Source of the DNA: Erysipelothrix larvae
Lineage (GTDB): Bacteria; Bacillota_I; Bacilli_A; Erysipelotrichales; Erysipelotrichaceae
NCBI RefSeq assembly: GCF_001545095.1
Contig: NZ_CP013213.1
Span: 1,020,001 to 1,052,000 of the forward strand
Length of the DNA stretch: 32,000 bases
Reading direction: 5' to 3'
Shown here: one piece after another, positions 25,111-32,000 of the stretch
Layout: every line of letters begins with the position of its first letter
Numbering within the stretch: the first letter of the stretch is position 1
Translations under genes and position numbers: made by a program
The notes under the pieces: generated by a model
Told to the model about the DNA's origin: nothing
Seen by the model: the letters and a program-made list of their open reading frames with translations, nothing else
Databases searched by the model: none

Positions 25111-27075
25111 ATGAAATATCTAACCGAAAAACAACAAGCCATCGTTCATGATTTAGGGTATGAAAATGACCTCGATTTTTTAAATCATTTTCCGTTTCGC
25201 TATGAATATCGCGTCACTATTCCATTTAATGAATGGAAAGAAGGCGATGAGGTTGTATTTGAAGGGACGTTATTATCTGCTTTCAAAAGTTATCGTTTTG
25301 GCAAAAATCAAACGCGTACAACATTTGAAGTCCTAGTAGATGAAGAGATTATCAGCGTTGTGATTTTTAACCGTCCGTATTTAAAACAAGAACATTATGC
25401 ACAACGTATTATTGTTCACGGTACTTATAATGGTAAATTTAAGTTTTTAGCAAAATCAGTCACAAATCAACCCCTTGAACAACAACTTGGAATTAAACCA
25501 GTCTATGCCACAAAGCAAGGCATTAAACAATTCGAAATTACACGGCTAATCCAAAAGATTTTAAACCATGTTGAGCTTAAAGATATCATTCCGCAAGATT
25601 TTGTTGCAAAGTATCGATTACTGCATCGGCAAACTGCGCTGAAATACCTTCACATGCCTGATAATGATGTGCAAATTCAAGCTGCATATCGCACTTTGAA
25701 ATATGAAGAATTTTTAATGTATCAATTGTATGGTCAAATGAATCAAATGAACCGTCTTGAAAAAAGCCCGCTTTCAATTGATCAAGATGCTTTAAATGCG
25801 AAAATAAAAAGTCTTCCATATTTATTAACTGCTGATCAATTGATTGCACTTGAAGACATTGTGAAAGATTTAAAAGCACCACGGCAAATGAACCGTCTTT
25901 TACAAGGAGATGTAGGGAGTGGTAAGACTGTGGTTGCTGTACTTGCTGCACTTTGTGTTATCAAACAAGGATATCAAGTTTGTTTTATGGTACCGACAGA
26001 TGTTCTTATGGAACAACATGTGTTGTCAATAAAACAATTAATACCAGAAGTTAAGATTGCAAGCTTATCACAATCGACATCCGATAAACCGTCTGTCATG
26101 GACGCAATTTCCAAGGGTGATGTAGACCTTATCATCGGAACACACGCACTGTTTCAAGAGAAAGTTTCGTTTAAGAAACTCGGACTCATTATCATTGATG
26201 AACAACACCGCTTTGGTGTGCGTCAACGTGAATCACTGATTAACAAGTCTGATAAACCCGATATCCTTTTGTTATCCGCTACGCCGATTCCACGAACCCT
26301 TGCAGCTTCTTTATTTTTTGATTTAGATGTATCAACGATCGAAACATATCCAAGTTTTAGAAAACCAATTAATACTGTATTTATTGAAGAGAACTCCATG
26401 CGATCAATCATGGATGATGTGCATGATCGCTTATCTAAGAAAGAACAAATCTATATTGTATGCCCAGCGATTGAAGAATCGACAAATATGCGCGGGGTTC
26501 GAACTGTCAGTGCAATCTATGATCAAATGGTACAAGCACTCAAAGGGTATCGGATCGGGATGCTTCATGGGCAAATGAAAGCGCAAGAAAAAGATGACAT
26601 CATGAAACAATTCAAACAGGGATCCATTGATGTTTTAGTTTGCACAACGGTCATTGAAGTTGGGATTGATGTTCATAACGCGAATACAATGATTATCTAT
26701 AACGCAGAACTCTTTGGATTAGCAACCCTACATCAACTCAGAGGACGTGTTGGTAGAGGTGCTATTCAAGGTGTTTGTTATTTACTGAGTGACAACAAGG
26801 ACGATGCTAAGAAGCGTTTAGAGCTTATGACACACGTAAACAACGGGTTTGACTTATCCCTTGAAGATTTGCGAAACAGGGGCATGGGGGACCTGTTAGG
26901 GTCTAGACAAAGTGGCATTCCTAACTTTATACTAGGAGATGTGGTAAAAGATGTCGCAATCTTAAATCAAGCGAAGTTGGATGCCCACGAAATTTTACAC
27001 CATCCTCATAATCAAGATTATAAAAATATTATAGATATAGTTCGTATAAACAAAAATGGAATTGATGGTGTATAA
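25111..27075 (+). CDS. recG: ATP-dependent DNA helicase RecG
   Basis: Wedge/OB N-terminus (FPFRYEY), Walker A GDVGSGKT, DEQH box IIDEQHRFG, motif VI HQLRGRVGRG. Start is uncertain: ATG 25111, or TTG 25084 as in the track. Confidence 0.92.
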   Translation: MKYLTEKQQAIVHDLGYENDLDFLNHFPFRYEYRVTIPFNEWKEGDEVVFEGTLLSAFKSYRFGKNQTRTTFEVLVDEEIISVVIFNRPYLKQEHYAQRIIVHGTYNGKFKFLAKSVTNQPLEQQLGIKPVYATKQGIKQFEITRLIQKILNHVELKDIIPQDFVAKYRLLHRQTALKYLHMPDNDVQIQAAYRTLKYEEFLMYQLYGQMNQMNRLEKSPLSIDQDALNAKIKSLPYLLTADQLIALEDIVKDLKAPRQMNRLLQGDVGSGKTVVAVLAALCVIKQGYQVCFMVPTDVLMEQHVLSIKQLIPEVKIASLSQSTSDKPSVMDAISKGDVDLIIGTHALFQEKVSFKKLGLIIIDEQHRFGVRQRESLINKSDKPDILLLSATPIPRTLAASLFFDLDVSTIETYPSFRKPINTVFIEENSMRSIMDDVHDRLSKKEQIYIVCPAIEESTNMRGVRTVSAIYDQMVQALKGYRIGMLHGQMKAQEKDDIMKQFKQGSIDVLVCTTVIEVGIDVHNANTMIIYNAELFGLATLHQLRGRVGRGAIQGVCYLLSDNKDDAKKRLELMTHVNNGFDLSLEDLRNRGMGDLLGSRQSGIPNFILGDVVKDVAILNQAKLDAHEILHHPHNQDYKNIIDIVRINKNGIDGV

Positions 27076-27093
27076 TAGATGAAGGTGATAGAC

Positions 27094-27774
27094 ATGACAA
27101 TTTGGGATTTATTAAAAAAACTTGATATTCCAGTAAACAATGAAGCACTTATTGAACAAGCATTTGTTCATTCTTCATGCATGAACGAAAAAACAGATTA
27201 TAAAGAAGATTATGAACGGTTGGAGTTTATGGGTGATGCTGTACTACAAGTTAGTGTATCAAACATTTTATTTAACCATAAAAATCATTGGAGTGAAGGC
27301 GAAATGACACTCATTCGTGCACGACTTGTATGTGAAGAAGCCTTAGCAGGATATTCGCGTAAGCTTGGACTGGAGAAATATCTTGTATTAGGTTTAGGAG
27401 AAGAACGTAACGGAGGCCGTAACCGCGACTCAATTGTTGCGGATATTTTCGAGTCTTTATCGGGTGCCATCTATATTGATTCCGGATTAGAAAATGCGCA
27501 AAAATTAATTTATGCAGTATTACCGGATGATCTTGAAGCATACAATGCGATGTCTGTAATGGACTATAAGACAAAACTACAGGAATTTGTTCAATCCGAT
27601 CGAAGAGATGTGGTTACCTATGAAGTAATCAGTGTTACGGGACCTCAAAATGCTCCCACTTTTGAAGTGGTTGTGAAACTTAATGACCTTGTTTTTGGCA
27701 AGGGGATTGGAACAAGTAAAAAAAGAGCCGAACAAATGGCTGCAAGAGATGCGTTTGAAAAATTAGTAAAATAA
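27094..27774 (+). CDS. rnc: Ribonuclease III
   Basis: RNase III signature ERLEFMGDAVL, with a C-terminal dsRBD (DYKTKLQEF...GTSKKRAEQMAARDA). ATG 27094 follows AGGTGAT; alternative ATG at 27079. Confidence 0.93.
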   Translation: MTIWDLLKKLDIPVNNEALIEQAFVHSSCMNEKTDYKEDYERLEFMGDAVLQVSVSNILFNHKNHWSEGEMTLIRARLVCEEALAGYSRKLGLEKYLVLGLGEERNGGRNRDSIVADIFESLSGAIYIDSGLENAQKLIYAVLPDDLEAYNAMSVMDYKTKLQEFVQSDRRDVVTYEVISVTGPQNAPTFEVVVKLNDLVFGKGIGTSKKRAEQMAARDAFEKLVK

Positions 27775-27787
27775 GAGAGGAGATCTG

Positions 27788-30700
27788 ATGAAATCAGTAT
27801 TTAATAAATTAAACTTAGACAGTGAAATCCTTTCCCAACTCGATGATGTAGCGATTACGTCATCAACATACATTCAAGAAGAAAAACGAGTCGAAGTAGA
27901 ACTTGAATCACACATTATCCTGCCTTACACTGTATTTTATGCGTTACGTAAGGCTTTTATTACGAGTTTAAGAATGCCAACATCCATAAAAATTAATACG
28001 AGTGCTTCTGAGATCGCGTTTAAAGATCTTATGGATTATGTCGATTTCTTTGTGCAACAATCGCGCATTCGTGAATTAAGAGGCATTCCGTTTAATGTTG
28101 AAAATGATGAAATTATCTTTTTATCTAAAGATGAAGCAACAACTCGAGAAATTCGAAAAGGTTTTGAACTTTTATCATCACGGCTTTCTGAAGTGGGAAT
28201 CAAACGTGAAATGGAAGTCAAAACAATTCGTGAATCCAATGAACTAGAGGTCATTGTACGCAATGAAGCACCTATAAAACCCGTGCGTGAACAAGATGCC
28301 TCCAGTGACTTAAAACGAGTACCGCGTCAAAATGTAAAAATTACAGATTACCAACCGATTAAGTTACGGGCATTGACTGAAGATGCAAATAACATCGTGG
28401 TTGAAGGACATATTTTTGAAGTTGAAATATTCCAACTGAAATCGGGTGATTTTAGTGTTAAATATTTTGTTGAAGATGGTGAAGCAGCCATTATTATCGG
28501 TGAATATTATAAGAGTGAAGATGACATCTTAAAAAAAGGAACCTTTGCACGTTTTTACGGCAACTATATTTACGACAACAAACCCTATGTACAAGACTAC
28601 ATCTTTAAGATGAAGCGATTTACCTTGATTGATTCGATTTTTAAACGCGATGATACCAGCGACAAGAAAAGAGTTGAATTTCACCTCCATACAACTATCT
28701 CAGAAATGGATGGGGTGAGTGATGTCAGTGAGTATATTAAACAAGCCCATGAATGGGGACATCCAGGGTTAGTGATTACAGATCATGAAGGGGTTCAAAG
28801 TTTCCCTAAGGCATACAATGCAGCTCGTGCACTCAAGAAAAAGAATCCAGATCAACCGTTTAAAGTAGGATATGGGGTGGAAATGAATTTGGCAGATAAA
28901 AATCTGACCATCGCCAAAAATCCAAAAGGTCAAAGCTTGCACGATACAACGTATATTATTTTTGACCTTGAAACAACCGGATTATCATCCTATTATGATC
29001 ATATTATCGAATTTGGTGCGGTTAAAGTCGTGAACGGACAAACCGTTGATAAGATGCAGATGTTTATAAAACCGCCAATATCAATTCGACCAACCATCCA
29101 AGCACTTACAAACATTACTGATAATGATGTAAGAAATGCGCCAACAATTGAACAAGCAATCCATACCATGCTGAAATTTATCGGTGATGGAGTTTTGGTA
29201 GCCCATAATGCAACCTTTGACTATGATTTTATTCAAGAAACACTCCGAAGACTGGGAATGCCACCCATCGATAATTCATGTGTAGATTCACTGGATTTGG
29301 CGCGCTCGTTGTATTCAAACCGTCGCTCATATCGTCTTGGAAGTATTGCACGTCTTCTTAAAATCACCTATGACGATGATGTAGCGCATAGAGCTGACTA
29401 TGATGCTGAAATCCTTGCCCATGTTTTTGCACACATGCTTCGTGAAGAAAAACTTGCTTCATTTGAAACGGTGGATGATTTAAACCGATTAAGTGATGAA
29501 ACAGCATATGCTAAGACAAGAAAATCGCATATATCCGTAGTGGCTAAAAATCAAGCAGGACTTAAGAAACTGTATGAACTCATTAGTCTGTCCTATACAA
29601 CTTACCTTGCATCATTTGGTGCGACAAAGTCAGCAGAATTTGTTGCTGAGCCCCGTATTATTAAAGAAGAAATCGAATCACATCGCGACCAATTGCTTAT
29701 TGGTGCAGGATGCAGTAACTCAGATGTATTTGAAACTGCCATGAACAAAAGTGATGCACATCTTCAAAAAGCAATCGAGTTCTATGATTATATTGAAATT
29801 ATGCCACTTGATACCTACCGTCATCTTGTAGAACGGGATGTCATTGAAAGTGAAGCACGCTTAGTTCAGGTGATTCAACGGATCATTGCGATGGCAAAAC
29901 GATGCAATAAATTAATCATTGCCTCAGGTGATGCACATTATAATCATCCAAAACAACAAATCGTGCGGGATATCTATATTCATTCGCAAGGAATTGGTGG
30001 CTCACGTCACCCGTTATATATCTATGATGAAACCCGCCGTATGAATTTCAAATCACCAAAACAACACTTTAGACCCACACAAGAAATGATGCAAGAGTTC
30101 CCATATCTTTCCAAAGAAGATGTGGAATTGTATGTTATTACAAATACAAACTTACTTTTTGATCAATTGGAAGAAATTGAACCAATACCAAGTAAACTTT
30201 TCACACCAAAACTTGAAAACAGTGATGAGCTCTTAAAAGAAATTGTGTATAATACAGCACATCAAACGTATGGAGAAACCCTGCCAGTGCTTGTTAGTGA
30301 TCGTATTGAACGAGAATTAAACTCAATTATTGGACACGGGTTTGGCGTAATTTACTATATTTCACACTTATTGGTAAAAAAATCGTTGGATGATGGTTAC
30401 CTCGTCGGATCACGGGGATCTGTAGGTTCTTCGCTTGTCGCAACTATGGCAAAAATAACTGAAGTAAATCCACTGCCGGCACACTATATTTGTAAAAACT
30501 GTCAGCATAGTGAATTTTTCACGGATGGAGAATACTCATCTGGATTTGACCTTCCACCCAAAACCTGTCCACATTGTGGTGAGGCGATGATTGGTGAAGG
30601 GCAAGATATCCCGTTTGAAACCTTCTTAGGGTTTGAAGGGGATAAGGTCCCAGATATTGATTTAAACTTCTCTGGAGTTTATCAAGAAGTTGCGCATGCC

Positions 30701-32000
30701 TATACCAAAGAAATCTTTGGTGAAGACTATGTCTATCGTGCTGGAACCATTTCAACCGTTGCGCAAAAGACTGCGTTTGGATATGTAAAAGGCTATTATG
30801 AAAATACCAACCAAGGAAACCCAAGTCAAGCGTGGGCTACCTATTTATCGTTTGCTGCCGAAGGTGTTAAACGAACAACAGGACAACATCCAGGGGGGAT
30901 TATTGTTATTCCGAATTATATGGATGTCCATGATTTTACACCGGTTCAATATCCAGCAAATAACCCAGAATCTGCATGGAAGACAACGCACTTTGAATTC
31001 CATGATATTCATGATAATGTCTTAAAACTTGATATTTTAGGGCATGTTGATCCAACTGCGATGAAGATGTTAGAACGCTTATCTGGAATTGATATTAACA
31101 CAGTTCCAATGAGTGACCCAGATACGATTTCACTTTTCTCGACTCCAAATGCGCTCAAAGTTGATACGAGAACATATCATGAAAAAACAGGGGCCTTAGG
31201 AATTCCTGAATTTGGAACGCAATTTGTACGTCGGATGCTTGAAGCAACACGTCCAGATACTTTCTCAGATCTAGTGCGAATATCCGGTCTTTCTCATGGT
31301 ACAGATGTATGGAAAAACAATGCTGAGACGCTTATTGAAAATGGCTTAACGCTAAAAGATGTTATTGGATGTCGTGATGATATCATGGTATATCTCATGT
31401 TGCATGGACTCAAACCTAAACTTGCCTTTGACATCATGGAATCGGTGCGTAAAGGTCGGGGTGTAAATGATGCATGGAAGCAAGAAATGAAACGAAATAA
31501 TATACCAGAATGGTATGTTGACTCTTGCGAAAAGATTAAGTACATGTTTCCAAAAGCCCATGCGGTTGCATATGTAATGATGGCAATCCGGGTTGCTTGG
31601 TTTAAAGTGCATCATCCGCTCACATATTATGCTGTTTACTTTACTTTACGGGTGAATGCATATGAGATTGAGACAATGACTGCACCTTTAGATTCAGTTC
31701 AAAGACGTTTGGACAATATCAGAATGCGATTAAAAAACTTTGAAACTAAACGCGATGTCTCAACGAAAGAACAGTCCCTTATCGATACCCTAGAAGTCAC
31801 TATAGAAATGCAAAGCAGGGGCTTCCATATCAATCCAATTGATTTGATGAAATCAGATGCGACTGAGTTCAAACTCGACCCAGATGATCCATACGGGATT
31901 ATTCCACCGTTTAATGTTATTGACGGATTGGGTGATGCGGTTGCACGAACGGTTGTTGAAGCACGGATTGAAAGTGAGTTTATATCCAAACGAGATCTTA
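27788..32000 (+). CDS. polC: DNA polymerase III PolC-type (partial, C-terminus beyond window end)
   Basis: Frame open from ATG 27788 (SD GAGGAG) to the window end, so it is absent from the ORF track. PHP (RVEFHLHTTISEMDG). Inserted DEDD exonuclease (IIFDLETTGL, VAHNATFDYDF, HRADYDAE). Zn finger CKNCQH...CPHCG. Polymerase core PDIDLNFS and KAHAVAYVMMA. Confidence 0.95.
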   Translation, partial: MKSVFNKLNLDSEILSQLDDVAITSSTYIQEEKRVEVELESHIILPYTVFYALRKAFITSLRMPTSIKINTSASEIAFKDLMDYVDFFVQQSRIRELRGIPFNVENDEIIFLSKDEATTREIRKGFELLSSRLSEVGIKREMEVKTIRESNELEVIVRNEAPIKPVREQDASSDLKRVPRQNVKITDYQPIKLRALTEDANNIVVEGHIFEVEIFQLKSGDFSVKYFVEDGEAAIIIGEYYKSEDDILKKGTFARFYGNYIYDNKPYVQDYIFKMKRFTLIDSIFKRDDTSDKKRVEFHLHTTISEMDGVSDVSEYIKQAHEWGHPGLVITDHEGVQSFPKAYNAARALKKKNPDQPFKVGYGVEMNLADKNLTIAKNPKGQSLHDTTYIIFDLETTGLSSYYDHIIEFGAVKVVNGQTVDKMQMFIKPPISIRPTIQALTNITDNDVRNAPTIEQAIHTMLKFIGDGVLVAHNATFDYDFIQETLRRLGMPPIDNSCVDSLDLARSLYSNRRSYRLGSIARLLKITYDDDVAHRADYDAEILAHVFAHMLREEKLASFETVDDLNRLSDETAYAKTRKSHISVVAKNQAGLKKLYELISLSYTTYLASFGATKSAEFVAEPRIIKEEIESHRDQLLIGAGCSNSDVFETAMNKSDAHLQKAIEFYDYIEIMPLDTYRHLVERDVIESEARLVQVIQRIIAMAKRCNKLIIASGDAHYNHPKQQIVRDIYIHSQGIGGSRHPLYIYDETRRMNFKSPKQHFRPTQEMMQEFPYLSKEDVELYVITNTNLLFDQLEEIEPIPSKLFTPKLENSDELLKEIVYNTAHQTYGETLPVLVSDRIERELNSIIGHGFGVIYYISHLLVKKSLDDGYLVGSRGSVGSSLVATMAKITEVNPLPAHYICKNCQHSEFFTDGEYSSGFDLPPKTCPHCGEAMIGEGQDIPFETFLGFEGDKVPDIDLNFSGVYQEVAHAYTKEIFGEDYVYRAGTISTVAQKTAFGYVKGYYENTNQGNPSQAWATYLSFAAEGVKRTTGQHPGGIIVIPNYMDVHDFTPVQYPANNPESAWKTTHFEFHDIHDNVLKLDILGHVDPTAMKMLERLSGIDINTVPMSDPDTISLFSTPNALKVDTRTYHEKTGALGIPEFGTQFVRRMLEATRPDTFSDLVRISGLSHGTDVWKNNAETLIENGLTLKDVIGCRDDIMVYLMLHGLKPKLAFDIMESVRKGRGVNDAWKQEMKRNNIPEWYVDSCEKIKYMFPKAHAVAYVMMAIRVAWFKVHHPLTYYAVYFTLRVNAYEIETMTAPLDSVQRRLDNIRMRLKNFETKRDVSTKEQSLIDTLEVTIEMQSRGFHINPIDLMKSDATEFKLDPDDPYGIIPPFNVIDGLGDAVARTVVEARIESEFISKRDL

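Noticed and set aside
25586-25951. 121-aa - strand ORF inside recG, plus other short embedded ORFs in the track (for example 7070-7312 +, 18606-18830 +, 23782-23970 +)
   Set aside because: Embedded in or antisense to well-supported conserved genes. No SD and no recognisable motifs.
28036-31989. Several 75-101-aa ORFs from the track (28036-28263 -, 30519-30824 -, 30798-31025 +, 31294-31545 -, 31352-31615 -, 31699-31989 -)
   Set aside because: All lie inside the long open + frame starting at 27788, which carries every PolC motif. They are shadow ORFs.

Overview
AT-rich Bacillota (Firmicutes)-type chromosomal segment. Supporting content: PolC plus DnaE, the Prp-L27 pair, DivIB, FakA/YloV, and a short 978-aa SMC as in the Mollicutes/Erysipelotrichia-like lineages (lineage is inference only). 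Almost everything is housekeeping and co-oriented on the + strand: smc-ftsY-ylxM-ackA-nrnA-like-cof; dnaE; an OmpR-type response regulator plus histidine kinase; rplU-prp-rpmA; obg-ruvA-ruvB-murG-divIB-asp23-fakA; recG-rnc-polC. polC (27788 to the window end) is missing from the ORF track only because it has no stop in the window. A short reverse-strand CDS also runs off the left edge. The only accessory DNA is a 2525-bp ISL3-family insertion (12743-15267, genes on the - strand). It sits between the convergent histidine kinase and a PdaC-like peptidoglycan deacetylase. Its ends can be defined from the sequence: an 8-bp target-site duplication GGCATCTT and 22-bp imperfect inverted repeats. It landed inside the kinase operon's terminator hairpin. 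The element is atypical for ISL3. It carries a second gene encoding a stand-alone zinc-ribbon protein that resembles the transposase's own N-terminal zinc ribbon. It also has arrays of a CTTGGGG motif at both ends plus one copy in a hairpin loop upstream of the first gene, inward-facing terminators at both ends, and a possible coupled leader peptide ahead of the transposase. I see no defence system, CRISPR array, prophage, tRNA or rRNA. Apart from the IS the window is ordinary core genome, with a few minor oddities: the ackA/nrnA overlap, the rpmA terminator abutting obg, and a candidate L21 leader.
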